Below are positions 50,203 through 63,935 of a DNA stretch of 64,000 bases, piece by piece; positions within the stretch are counted from its first letter, which is position 1; each line of letters begins with the position of its first letter. Made by a program: the position numbers and the translations under genes. Source of the stretch: Myxococcota bacterium (GTDB lineage Bacteria; Myxococcota_A; SURF-8); NCBI GenBank assembly GCA_965140415.1, contig OZ223209.1, positions 4,544,001 through 4,608,000 of the forward strand, written 5' to 3'. The notes below the pieces were generated by a model. It did not search any database. It was not told the origin of the DNA and saw nothing but the letters and a program-made list of their open reading frames with translations.

Positions 50203-51120
50203 GAAGCCATCTCAAAAATGCCTGAGCAGTATAATAGCGCATCCTAACAGCAGAAATCCTTCATAATTGATTTCGTTATACTCCCATCGAACCACGAGCC
50301 TGCGGAAGTTGTGCAGCCAGGCAAACAGTCTTTCCACCTTCCAACGGCGTACATAGCGGCGTAGCGCCCGACCATCCTGGGTTTTATCTTTCTTCCGGTT
50401 GCCCTTGTGCGGCGCAATCATTTCAATGCCACGTTCCTCAAGAAGTCTCTCATCCAGTGGATCGCTGTCATACGCCTTGTCTCCGATCAACCTCTCCGGC
50501 GAGCCTTCGGTTACAACAGCATCCAGCGTTTCTTCCACTAAGGTCACTTCGTGCGGCGAAGCGCTTGTTGTGCATACGGCGACAGGAAGACCAGCGCTGT
50601 CAACGATCGCCATGATCTTACAGCCCTTTCCCCGCTTGGTTTTCCCGACTTTGAGCCCCCCTTTTTAGCGGAAGAAAAACTCCCGTCGATGAAGCACTCG
50701 GAGAGGTCGATTCCGCCGCGTTGCTCAAGGTCACGCGCAAGTTCCTGAAGAATCCTCTGCATGATACCGGCCTCGTTCCAATTTTGAAAGCGTCGATGCA
50801 CTGTCTGATAAGGCGGATATCTGCGTGGAAGATCCTTCCAGGGAGCGCCGGTTCTCAGAACCCAAAGGATGCCGTTCATGATGGCGCGGTCATCCTGTGC
50901 GGGTCTCCCGCGTTTTCCGGGTTGGCTTTTGTGAGGCGGCAGCAGCGGCTCGATCAGGCTCCATTGTTCGTTGGTCAGTTCCATCGAAAGCACCTGTAGA
51001 TATTAAGTATATTATATACAGTATATCATAGTGGGGCAAAATTTCACTCAGACTACACTGGGAGACGAATAGTTCTGAAATATCAGATGTTTGGGATTAT
51101 GCTATTTTTGAGATGGCTTC
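50203..51120 (-). mobile_element. IS5-family insertion sequence (IS427-like group), 918 bp
   Basis: Perfect 17-bp TIRs GAAGCCATCTCAAAAAT (50203-50219 and 51104-51120); TA duplicated on both sides within a CTAG target. Confidence 0.93.
50212..50984 (-). CDS. tnp: IS5-family transposase in two overlapping ORFs joined by a probable programmed -1 frameshift
   Basis: Orf[23 protein letters not shown]; slippery AAAAAGGGGGG (reverse complement of 50656-50666); Orf[21 protein letters not shown]. Confidence 0.88.
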
Positions 51121-51141
51121 TAGTAATCGATAGGCTCTCCT

Positions 51142-52455
51142 CTATTCCGATATTTCCATATCTCCGTCTATTTCAACATCACCATCCTCATTATCTGGTG
51201 GTGTAAAAGTGCCCCTAACGCAAGTCGCCCAGAATTTATCTGCTGTCGTTTTATAATATGAACCTATGTATGGGTCTGCAGACCCAGAATGGCTTGCTAA
51301 GACAGTCATAATCCAGGCACTATCAGTGTAATCTGAACGTTCTGTAGAAGACCACAGGTAATAGTACTTACTTCCTACATCTCCCATTTCATCTGGAAAA
51401 TATGCCCCATATTGATTAGGTTCATCGTATATACCACAACCAGCTTGGCAATAGCTGAATAGTTCATTTTCAGAATCTTCCAGAAAACAGTCCCTTGAAG
51501 TGCAATCGTCATACACCCTACAGGTTCCGCCATATTCAAGGAACTTACAATCCCTTACCAGCGAGCGCAACTCTGAGATCGACGGCAGCCGCCAGTCGTC
51601 GCCGAATAGGTCCAAATTAGCGCAGTAGTCCACGGCATCATACCAATCCATTTTTTGGGTTGGGATGTTAGTCAGCCAATCGAGGCCTGTGGTTTCGTCC
51701 GTGTAAATGTAATCAGAGATATCCAAGTCGGCGTCAGAATCGCCATCCTCATTATTTGGTGGTGTAAAAGTACCCCGAACGCAAGTTGCCCAAGATTTAG
51801 TACTCGTTTTATTCTCTAAGCCTATGTATTGGCCTGTAGATACAGAAGAGCTTGCAAAAACAGTTATAATCCAGGCTCCATTTGAGTTATGTGAACGTTC
51901 TGTAGAAGACCACAGGTAATAGTACTTACTTCCTACATCTCCCATTTCATCTGGAAAATATGCCCCATATTGATTAGGTTCATCGTCCATTCCACATCCT
52001 ATCGAGCAATAGCTGAATAGATCGTCTTCAGATTCCTCAAAATAGCAGTCATCTGAAATACAATCGTCATACACTCTACATGTTCCGCCATATTCAAGGA
52101 ACTTACAATCCCTTACCAGCGAGCGCAACTCCGAAATCGACGGCAGCCGCCAGTCGTCGCCGAATAATTCCAGGTTAGCGCAGTAGTCCACGGCATCATA
52201 CCAATCCATTTTTTGGGTTGGGATGTCAGTCAGCCAGTCAAGGCCTGTGGTTTCGTCCGTGTAAATGTAATCAGAGATATCCAAGTCGGCGTCAGAATCG
52301 CCTTGTTGGTTTTCTATCGAATCTTCATCGGCGTCGTAATCGCCTTGTTGGTTTTCTACTGTATCTTCATCGCCGCCATTACTACGATCGTTACAGGCAA
52401 TCAAGGCGATCATGAACAGAAACAGTATGATGAACTTTAACGTGTATGTTTTCAT
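51142..52455 (-). CDS. Lipoprotein with two tandem DUF1566 (Lcl C-terminal, C-type-lectin-like fold) domains
   Basis: Lipobox LIAC; DETTGLDW, WYDAVDYC, DWRLPSISEL, WSST, CVR each present twice. Confidence 0.85.
   Translation of the reverse strand: MKTYTLKFIILFLFMIALIACNDRSNGGDEDTVENQQGDYDADEDSIENQQGDSDADLDISDYIYTDETTGLDWLTDIPTQKMDWYDAVDYCANLELFGDDWRLPSISELRSLVRDCKFLEYGGTCRVYDDCISDDCYFEESEDDLFSYCSIGCGMDDEPNQYGAYFPDEMGDVGSKYYYLWSSTERSHNSNGAWIITVFASSSVSTGQYIGLENKTSTKSWATCVRGTFTPPNNEDGDSDADLDISDYIYTDETTGLDWLTNIPTQKMDWYDAVDYCANLDLFGDDWRLPSISELRSLVRDCKFLEYGGTCRVYDDCTSRDCFLEDSENELFSYCQAGCGIYDEPNQYGAYFPDEMGDVGSKYYYLWSSTERSDYTDSAWIMTVLASHSGSADPYIGSYYKTTADKFWATCVRGTFTPPDNEDGDVEIDGDMEISE
51184..52302 (-). 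repeat. Internal tandem duplication (558 and 561 nt)
   Basis: 51745-52302 versus 51184-51744; an additional 42-nt duplication lies near 52288-52371. Confidence 0.92.
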
Positions 52456-52633
52456 CGTTTCGGTCCCCAAGAAACAGCTAAGTAGCTTTGCCCATTATTC
52501 TGAAATAATAAGCATAACAAATGCTCATCCTACTTAGCTTTTATACATGATATGCCTGTGGGAAGTCAAGTGTGATCGACATGACGAATACCCGTTGTAC
52601 GGAGTGTTCAATATTGCAGAGGAAAAATCCCTT

Positions 52634-53473
52634 TTACCTCGCCCCTCCGAAGTTGCGCTGGCGGGCGACTTCGAAGAGCAACACGGTGGTGGCCATGGCG
52701 ACGTTGAGCGAGTCGGCCACTCCCGCCATCGGAATGCGCACCTGCAAGTCCGCCTGCTTCATCCATTTTTCGGACAGGCCGTATTGCTCCGCTCCCATGG
52801 CAACGGCGCAGGGGACTCTCAGATCGACTTCGGTATGATGCTCCGTGGCGTGCGGTGTGGCGGCCAGGATGCGGATTCCCTTTTCCCTTAGCCAGGCGAA
52901 GGCCTCTTCGCTCGTGGCTTCGGCCACCGGCACGGTGAACAGGGTGCCGGTGCTGGCGCGCACGACATTGGGATTGTTGATGTCCGTGGCTCCGTCGCAC
53001 ACGATGACGCCGTCCGCTCCCACCGCATCGGCGCAGCGCAGAATCGTTCCCAGATTTCCCGGCTTTTCAATCGATTCGGCCACGATCAACAGCGGAGTGG
53101 CAGACAGCGGCAACTCGTTTAAAGTAACGCCGATTTTGGGCGCGGTGGCGATCAGGCCGTCGGGCCGGTCGCGATAGCTGATTTTCTTGAACGCGGCTTT
53201 GGAAAGCGAAAAGATCTGCGCCCCGGCATTTTTAGCCGCCTGCAATAAGGCGGGTTCATTCTCCCCCAGAAAGAGTTCGTCGCAGTAATACACGGCTTGT
53301 GGTTGAACACCCGCCTGCACGGCGCGACTCAGTTCGCGATAGCCTTCGATCAACAGCAGTCCGGCACGTTTGCGATGCGTACTATCCCGCAGCCGCACCA
53401 GATCCTTGATGCGTGTATTCTGAACGCTCGTCAATTCCGTCGCATGAAGCGTTTTTATCAAATCCTGATTCAT
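52634..53473 (-). CDS. TrmH/SpoU-family RNA methyltransferase
   Basis: EKPGNLG, GAEQYGL, IPMAGVADSLNVA. Confidence 0.92.
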   Translation of the reverse strand: MNQDLIKTLHATELTSVQNTRIKDLVRLRDSTHRKRAGLLLIEGYRELSRAVQAGVQPQAVYYCDELFLGENEPALLQAAKNAGAQIFSLSKAAFKKISYRDRPDGLIATAPKIGVTLNELPLSATPLLIVAESIEKPGNLGTILRCADAVGADGVIVCDGATDINNPNVVRASTGTLFTVPVAEATSEEAFAWLREKGIRILAATPHATEHHTEVDLRVPCAVAMGAEQYGLSEKWMKQADLQVRIPMAGVADSLNVAMATTVLLFEVARQRNFGGAR

Positions 53474-55044
53474 CGTGACTCACTTTTATCCTTGCAGCAG
53501 CGGAAACCTTTTGCCGATGGGTTCCAGATCGCATCGTAATCGCAGCGATGCAGCGTTTCCGAGTCGCCGCAGTTGTATGCACCACCTCTGAAATGCTCGT
53601 GGCCGTCTTCGGTGTAGACCACTTCCCACACGTTGCCATTGATGTCGAACAGGCCCCACTCGTTGGTGCAATCGGGGAAGGTGCCGGTGGGCATGACGGT
53701 AAACGCCGCTCCGCAGACCTGGCGGCAATGTGGATAGGGGCAGGGGTCTACATTCTCACAGGCGCTCATGGGACCGCAGTTACAGAAGGTGTCGATGCCG
53801 TTACAGAGCGTGGCGCTGAAATCATCGCCGTAACAATACACAGTGTAGTCCGGTCCCTGGCAGGCGTCCACCCATTCGGTGGGTAGACACAGGCGCTTAC
53901 CGGCGTTACTACAGGCCGTGTTGGCGGTCGTCAAGGAAACGGGATACCAGGGTTTGACTCCGGCTACGCTCACCGCCCGGCTGGTGTCCAGGCCGATATT
54001 CGTGGGTGTGGCGTCGGGTCGGCTGGCTTCGTAGCGATCGATGCAGAAGCGCTCGTCCACCAGCACCATGTCGTTTGGGCAGGGCCCGGGAGGATCTTCG
54101 CATAAACACCAGTTCTGGCCGGTTTCTTCGTCGAAGCCGCAGCCTAAAGGCGCGGTGTCCGAACATTGATCATTGCAATTCACCGAAACCCAGATCAATG
54201 CGCCGGGGGCGCACATGCAGGCGGTTTGTTCATCGATGCAAAAACTGCTTCCTGCCGTGCTGCAACTGCCGGAACAAACAAGAGGTGCATCCTGTTCGGT
54301 TTGATCCGGCTCCAGCTCCGGATCGGGATCTGGATCGGGGTCAGGGTCAGGGTCAGAATCGGGTTCCACCTCGTTGCGATCTACGATATCCGCATCCAGA
54401 TCGCCGTCGGGTTGACTGTCGAGATCGGCGGGTGGAAGATCGGGATCGGGATCGGCATCGCCGTCGATGAAATCCATGTCCGTATCGCCCGGTGGGAGGT
54501 CGCTGTCGGTTTCCAGATCATCATCTTGCTCGATCTCAACATCGATTTCCGCATCCGCTTCCATGTCGCCATCGACGGGGAGATCGCCGCACAAACAGGC
54601 GTCCTGATTCAGATTCGGATCGAAATCGCAGCTTAAAAACGGAGCCGCGCCGCAGATTCCCAGGGTTTCACAGTTGAATTTGCGCCAGCCGCCCGCTACA
54701 CACATGCAGATATTCTGCGTGTCGATACAAAAGGTTCCTTCCGTACAGGCTCCTTTGCATTCGATTCCGCTATCGATTTCGCTACCTTCCTTGTCGCCAT
54801 CCGGGTCGATGCAGCCGCTTTCATCGGCGTCGTCATCTCCATCGGAAGCGAGATCCGTATCGGCGGGAACACCATCCTGATCGCCAGGAATATAAATTTC
54901 ATAGTCAGCAGGAGGAGATAGGTCGCTGTCGGCCTGGGAATCGTCTTCGCTTTCAAAACAGGCGAAGCCGGATAGCGATATCACCAGCGCCAGTATCCAG
55001 ATCCATCCAATATACGGAATTTTTCCTGTGATCCTGCTTTCCAT
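53470..55044 (-). CDS. Lipoprotein with Cys-rich modules, a DGD/PD-rich tether and a C-terminal FGE-sulfatase (SUMF1-like) domain
   Basis: Lipobox GFAC; FCIDRYE, GKRLC..EW, DINGNVWE, RGG, GFRCC. Confidence 0.82.
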   Translation of the reverse strand: MESRITGKIPYIGWIWILALVISLSGFACFESEDDSQADSDLSPPADYEIYIPGDQDGVPADTDLASDGDDDADESGCIDPDGDKEGSEIDSGIECKGACTEGTFCIDTQNICMCVAGGWRKFNCETLGICGAAPFLSCDFDPNLNQDACLCGDLPVDGDMEADAEIDVEIEQDDDLETDSDLPPGDTDMDFIDGDADPDPDLPPADLDSQPDGDLDADIVDRNEVEPDSDPDPDPDPDPDPELEPDQTEQDAPLVCSGSCSTAGSSFCIDEQTACMCAPGALIWVSVNCNDQCSDTAPLGCGFDEETGQNWCLCEDPPGPCPNDMVLVDERFCIDRYEASRPDATPTNIGLDTSRAVSVAGVKPWYPVSLTTANTACSNAGKRLCLPTEWVDACQGPDYTVYCYGDDFSATLCNGIDTFCNCGPMSACENVDPCPYPHCRQVCGAAFTVMPTGTFPDCTNEWGLFDINGNVWEVVYTEDGHEHFRGGAYNCGDSETLHRCDYDAIWNPSAKGFRCCKDKSESR

Positions 55045-55403
55045 GATTTTCCTCCGCGATCATCCAACAAATTCAGAAACTTACCAACTGACCTGCGCGA
55101 GCTTTGCTGTTTGTGCAACTCATGGATGACTCCCCCCTTTGTAACGAGTGGGTTGGGCCACGTCAAGCCTATTGTCCGATAATGAACGTTTCGTCGATAT
55201 CACCCGAATGTATTGGAATCTGCTGGACTTCGGCTATTAATGATGTTAGGAAAATGTTTGGTTGGTCGTGTGTCAAACGACAGAAAACACCAGCAATGCC
55301 ATTCAATGAATCGCTCGAAATACCGGGGAAAGAACTGTAGTAAACCCATGATGGGGATTGTCCGCCCTGGTTCATGTTACCCATACGCAGTGGAGGTCAG
55401 ATT

Positions 55404-57812
55404 ATGATCCGAACGAAGTGCCTGACTTTTCTCGTACTGCTGGCCATGGTCGCGCTTGTTTGCGGCTGTAACAGCAGCGATCCGGTGTTTGAAGACACCG
55501 TCTCCCCCGTGAGCGTGGATCTCACCTACTTGAAAGACGCAGAGGGGCGCTACATCCACCTGCGCGGCACCAATGTCGGCGGCAGCACGAAAGCGCCGTT
55601 GGCGGAAACGGAAGCCAACGTCAAGGAATTGACCGAAGACGATGGCCGCAGTTTCAGCTATGGCGGCGTCAACGATGTCTGGGTGCAACCCGATGGCACC
55701 GTGCTTAACGGCGCGGGTCGTCCCTTCGCATTAGACGAAGCGGACAAATGGTTCAGCCAGCTGCGCGAACTCGGTTTCAACTCCATTCGCCTGCTCTGGA
55801 TCTGGGAAAGCGTGTATCCGGTTGCCAAGGGAGAGCCGGATCTGGATTTCCTGAATTATTTCGAGGAGATCATCGCCAAAGCGGAACAGCACGGCATATA
55901 CGTGCTGATCAATGCCCACGAGAACATCTGGAGCCGCCACTTGTGGTCGGACTACAACGAAAACGCACCGGGTGTGAAAGGGGAACTGGACAACATGCTC
56001 TGGTCGCTGTTCCCCAATGACGAGGGAAAATACACCGACAAAGTGGTTGGCGACGGTGCGCCCATGTGGGCGACGCGCGTTTGTCTGCCGCACAAAAACT
56101 GGCCGAAAGACGATCCCATGGGCTATCCGCCCAACTGGGGAACGCACCGGTTATTGGGGCGCTTCAACGATGCGATCGGCGGTTACGCCTTAACCGAACT
56201 GGGCAAGGCGCTGATCGATATGGGTATCGACGCCACCGAAATGATTGCGGAAATGAAGCAACAAGCTCCGAAAACGCCGTTCGAGATCACCGATACCTGC
56301 GACATGCTGCCCTGGACGTTCTGGGGCGCGAACGTGGCAGTGAGTCTGGATGCGGAGCAGTGCTACGCCAGCTTCTTCGCCGGGGATAAAGTCTACCCGG
56401 ACGTGCGCGTGACCGAAGATGGCGAAGTGATGCACAAAGACGAAGTCCCGGACGGTGTCAAGGCGCAGACCTTGAGCGAGTATCTACAGGAATCCTACCG
56501 CGACGCCTGGGTGGAAATCGCCAAGCGCGCCAGCAAATACCCGAACGTCATCGGCTACGACATCATGAACGAACCCACCAGCGTATTCATTCTGCTCACT
56601 GCCGCCGCCGCCTATTTCGAGGCCGGTCTTGACAGCGCGGTGGAAAGCATTCTGAATCAACTGCTACCGGCGGAAGAAGGCGAAGACCCGGCGGATGGTC
56701 TGGGCGCGCAGATCTGGTTATTGATCAAAGCCCTGGAAGTGCTACCGCCCGCCACGACCGACGACATCAAGCAAAAGTGGGGGTTCGCCCATGCGAACCT
56801 TATGGAAATCTTCAACCTGAATACAGCTTTCGACAAGAACGAGTTGCAGCCGCTGTTCGAGTACGTCGGCGCAGGCATTCTGGAAGTGGACCCGGACGCC
56901 ATCATCTGGCTGGAACCGGCCTTCAGCGCATCCAATCTGCTGGGTGGCGAAGGTGGCGGTGTGGGCGGTCAGTGGCAGAGCTACATGACCAGCCCCAACG
57001 GCCTGGGCCAGACGATCTACTCGCCGCACTGGTACCCGGACATCTATCCCACGCTGGGATTCAACATGCCCTCGCGCGAATTCCGCATCGACGAGTACAA
57101 TCACCGCGATTACAGCGAGATGCTGATGCAGAAGGCGGGCTTCTCCTCCTTCGCATTGAACAACGCCCCGGTGGTTTTCGGTGAATTCGGCACCTACTGG
57201 AATTACCGCTACCTGGGTGAAGATCCGGAAACGCCGGGTTACGAGCAGAGCCGGAAGTACAACTATGAAATCTCGGCGCAGATCATGGATAATTACTACG
57301 AAGCGTTCGAGAAGCACTTCATGAGCAACATGAACTGGTGCTACACCACCGACAACGACCCGGTCTATGGGGACCGCTGGAATCACGAGGATTTCTCGAT
57401 CATCGATGAAAACGGCGAACCGCGCGGACACATGGCCTATTCGCGGCCTTACGCCAAAGCGCTTTCCGGCAAGCCGATTTCCACGCATTTCTATTCCGAC
57501 TACCACTACTACGACCCGGACAAAGGCACGCCCGATCCTTTCCACGAGTTCGAGGTGGTCTTCATGAGCAAGGAAACCGACGCTCCGACCATCATTTACG
57601 TGCCCGAGCATCAGTACCCGGATGGGTTTTACGTGTGGCTCTCCGACGGCTGGGCCGCCTGGGACGCGGAGCACCGCGATCTGTACGTCCACCTTACCGC
57701 CGACGATCCCGACTGGGAGCACAAGGTGGTCATCCGGCCTCCGATCGAAGGACAGGAGGTTGAAGGCTTCGATTACTACATCGAAGGCGAGTACGTCATT
57801 ACCGGCAAGTAA
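55404..57812 (+). CDS. Lipoprotein GH5 glycoside hydrolase, endoglycoceramidase/glucosylceramidase-like
   Basis: Lipobox VCGC; DAEGR..LRGTN, GFNSIRLLWIWE, GYDIMNEP (acid/base), FGEFG (nucleophile), RPY..SGKP C-domain. Confidence 0.82.
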   Translation: MIRTKCLTFLVLLAMVALVCGCNSSDPVFEDTVSPVSVDLTYLKDAEGRYIHLRGTNVGGSTKAPLAETEANVKELTEDDGRSFSYGGVNDVWVQPDGTVLNGAGRPFALDEADKWFSQLRELGFNSIRLLWIWESVYPVAKGEPDLDFLNYFEEIIAKAEQHGIYVLINAHENIWSRHLWSDYNENAPGVKGELDNMLWSLFPNDEGKYTDKVVGDGAPMWATRVCLPHKNWPKDDPMGYPPNWGTHRLLGRFNDAIGGYALTELGKALIDMGIDATEMIAEMKQQAPKTPFEITDTCDMLPWTFWGANVAVSLDAEQCYASFFAGDKVYPDVRVTEDGEVMHKDEVPDGVKAQTLSEYLQESYRDAWVEIAKRASKYPNVIGYDIMNEPTSVFILLTAAAAYFEAGLDSAVESILNQLLPAEEGEDPADGLGAQIWLLIKALEVLPPATTDDIKQKWGFAHANLMEIFNLNTAFDKNELQPLFEYVGAGILEVDPDAIIWLEPAFSASNLLGGEGGGVGGQWQSYMTSPNGLGQTIYSPHWYPDIYPTLGFNMPSREFRIDEYNHRDYSEMLMQKAGFSSFALNNAPVVFGEFGTYWNYRYLGEDPETPGYEQSRKYNYEISAQIMDNYYEAFEKHFMSNMNWCYTTDNDPVYGDRWNHEDFSIIDENGEPRGHMAYSRPYAKALSGKPISTHFYSDYHYYDPDKGTPDPFHEFEVVFMSKETDAPTIIYVPEHQYPDGFYVWLSDGWAAWDAEHRDLYVHLTADDPDWEHKVVIRPPIEGQEVEGFDYYIEGEYVITGK

Positions 57813-57867
57813 CGTGGACGCCCCCAGGGGACTCTCTTGGGGCTAAGATAGAAAGAGGCGAATCAAA

Positions 57868-59532
57868 ATGAAACGAATCATTGCAAGCAGCCTGTTGATC
57901 GTGATGTTGACGGTCCCCGCCTGGCTCTTCGCCCAAACGGAGCAGACCGCACAGCCTGCAACCGAAGCGACTCCCGCAGCAGCAGCGGAACCGGCACCGG
58001 CGGCGGAACCTGCACAGGCAACCGAACCCGCACCGACGGTAGAACCTGCTCCTGCTGCTGAGCCTGCACCGGCAGCAGAACCAGAACCAGCTACCGCAGT
58101 AGAACCCTCACCGGCAGCGGAAACCGCTCAGGCGGCTGAGGCGGCTGAGCCGGTTGAAAATGGTGAACTGGAAACCTTGGAAGAGTTGGAGGAACTGGAG
58201 GACTTCAGCGAACTGGAGCAGTTGGAAACTCTTGGAAGCGAGGGAATGGAGGGAGCGTTGAACGCCGAGGATGTGTTGAGCATCCTACGTAAATACGTGC
58301 GCTTCAATGCTGAACTGCAATCGCTGCTGGTCTACAAAAACGACAATGATTTCGACAATACCGCGCCTTACTACGATCCGAGCGGTCAATCCGCCGGTTG
58401 GCTGGGAACCTTTTTCAAGCCGCGCTTGACGCTGCTGCCCGCCGAAAACATCGAGATTGTATACGAATTCGAAATGGGTTTGAATCTGTGGAGCAGAAAC
58501 GACCCGGACGAATACCGCACCGGACGAGCCAGCACCTTCCAGATGGCGCATCGTGAACTGTACGCCAAGGCGTCTTTTTTAGATGAGCGCTTCGGCTTCA
58601 AGGTCGGTTATCAGCATTTCAACGATCCGACCGGACTGTTTTTAAATCACTGGATCGGCGCGGCCAGCATCAACACCAAGCAGAGTTGGGGAAGTTTTAC
58701 CTTTACCGTGGCGCAGATGCCCGGTCAGACCAACGAAGGCATCACCAACGACGTGGACAACTTCAAGCGCGACACCTTCCTGTACGGCTTGAATGCCCGC
58801 ATTCCGATCGAAATCTTTTCTTTCGATCTGGGCTTGTACGGCATGCACGACGGTCAGATCGTGGAGCAGGAACTGGACCTGTTCACCGGAACGCTGCGCT
58901 TCATGATCGATCTTGAAGTGGTGCAACTGGGGGTAGACGGCGCGATTCAGGCCGGCAAAAACCAGAACGGCGCGCAGGGTGGCGATGAAAGCCTGCTGGC
59001 CTGGGCTTCGCAGATCTTTCTGACCATCGACATGGACGGTCTGCTGATCGATTTCAACCAGTTGTTGCTTTCGGCGGACGACGACCACGAGCGCAACAAA
59101 ACGAATCACAGCTTTTACTATTCCGGCAAGGCGCGCAGCCGTACGCGCCTGTTGACCGAGGACCGTTTGCGCGACCGTGGCGACAACCTGGACGAACGCC
59201 TGGGTGAGGAACGCGGCAAGTTCTACCTGAACCGACCCGGTCTGAGTGTTTCGGATCTAACGCTAGGCTATCGGGTGAACGACTGGTTCATGCCTGCCGT
59301 CACCGGCGGTGTGGGCGTGGTGCTGAACACGCATAACGCCATGGGAGAAAAACTGGTCGGCGGCGAGTTGGATATCGATCTGGAATTCGCCTATCGCGAC
59401 CTGATTCTGTTCAATCTGACCGGTGCGGTGCTTTTCCCCGGAAAAGCGGCGGCCAGCTATATCAATCTGTATGACCGCAGCGCCACCGAAATCCAGTATC
59501 TGCTGGAAAGTTCGCTGAAAGTCATGTTCTAA
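57868..59532 (+). CDS. Outer-membrane beta-barrel (porin, alginate-export-like) with an N-terminal Ala/Pro/Glu linker
   Basis: Signal peptide; AAEPAP repeats; amphipathic strands; C-terminal Phe. Confidence 0.68.
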   Translation: MKRIIASSLLIVMLTVPAWLFAQTEQTAQPATEATPAAAAEPAPAAEPAQATEPAPTVEPAPAAEPAPAAEPEPATAVEPSPAAETAQAAEAAEPVENGELETLEELEELEDFSELEQLETLGSEGMEGALNAEDVLSILRKYVRFNAELQSLLVYKNDNDFDNTAPYYDPSGQSAGWLGTFFKPRLTLLPAENIEIVYEFEMGLNLWSRNDPDEYRTGRASTFQMAHRELYAKASFLDERFGFKVGYQHFNDPTGLFLNHWIGAASINTKQSWGSFTFTVAQMPGQTNEGITNDVDNFKRDTFLYGLNARIPIEIFSFDLGLYGMHDGQIVEQELDLFTGTLRFMIDLEVVQLGVDGAIQAGKNQNGAQGGDESLLAWASQIFLTIDMDGLLIDFNQLLLSADDDHERNKTNHSFYYSGKARSRTRLLTEDRLRDRGDNLDERLGEERGKFYLNRPGLSVSDLTLGYRVNDWFMPAVTGGVGVVLNTHNAMGEKLVGGELDIDLEFAYRDLILFNLTGAVLFPGKAAASYINLYDRSATEIQYLLESSLKVMF

Positions 59533-59555
59533 GCTAGCGAAAGGAAACTATCGAG

Positions 59556-61220
<1,665 letters not shown>

Positions 61221-61232
61221 GCGGAGAAAACA

Positions 61233-61454
61233 ATGAGCGATAATAAAAAGATGGTTTCGATCTGGTCCTGGGTGGGACTGATGCTGTCGGTATATGGAGT
61301 GATCGTCGGTGGTACGGGCGTGTTCTACATTTTCGAACCGGAGGCGCATACCGCAACCGCGCACCTGAACCCCTCGTTGTGGTGGGGTGGCGTTATGATC
61401 GTTTTCGGCGTGTTTTTCCTGGTGGCCGGAAAGCTGGATCGCAACCGGGAATAG
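61233..61454 (+). CDS. Small 2-TM membrane protein associated with the SSS gene
   Basis: GGAG RBS; two hydrophobic helices; 12 bp after the SSS stop. Confidence 0.72.
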   Translation: MSDNKKMVSIWSWVGLMLSVYGVIVGGTGVFYIFEPEAHTATAHLNPSLWWGGVMIVFGVFFLVAGKLDRNRE

Positions 61455-61603
61455 TGCAGTAACGACAATCTGAACATTACGAAACGGAGTGGATGGCAAC
61501 GTCTGCTCCGTTTTTGTTTTATGAGCAGATTTTATGTAGATCTTCGTTGGAACATGGCTCCTTTTCGATGGAGCAGGACCTTTCGTTGGAGTTACGTAGT
61601 TAC

Positions 61604-61676
61604 GTAGGTCGGGCAAATTTCTTGCCCGACACAAAGGGAAATCAATATTGTCGGGCATGAAATATGCCCGACCGAA
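61604..61676. repeat. Inverted GTAG-class REP doublet between convergent genes
   Basis: GTAGGTCGGGCAAATTTCTTGCCCGACA and TGTCGGGCATGAAATATGCCCGACC. Confidence 0.7.
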
Positions 61677-61694
61677 ACTAATTGTGTCTCATCA

Positions 61695-63935
<2,241 letters not shown>

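Noticed and set aside
50544-50666. Split IS5 transposase as a pseudogene
   Set aside because: A two-ORF layout with an A/G-run slippery site is normal for this IS5 group, and the TIRs are perfect.
22461-52550. AT-rich single genes as integron cassettes
   Set aside because: No integrase and no recognisable attC (RYYYAAC..GTTRRRY) boundaries; orientations are mixed.
51142-55044. Active diversity-generating retroelement targeting the DUF1566 or FGE-sulfatase genes
   Set aside because: No reverse transcriptase, Avd or non-coding template repeat in the window; differences are not adenine-restricted and include an indel.
13433-55044. Ergothioneine pathway (EgtA-like ligase plus FGE-domain protein as EgtB)
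   Set aside because: The FGE protein is an exported lipoprotein without a DinB-like domain and lies 39 kb away; no egtC or egtD seen.
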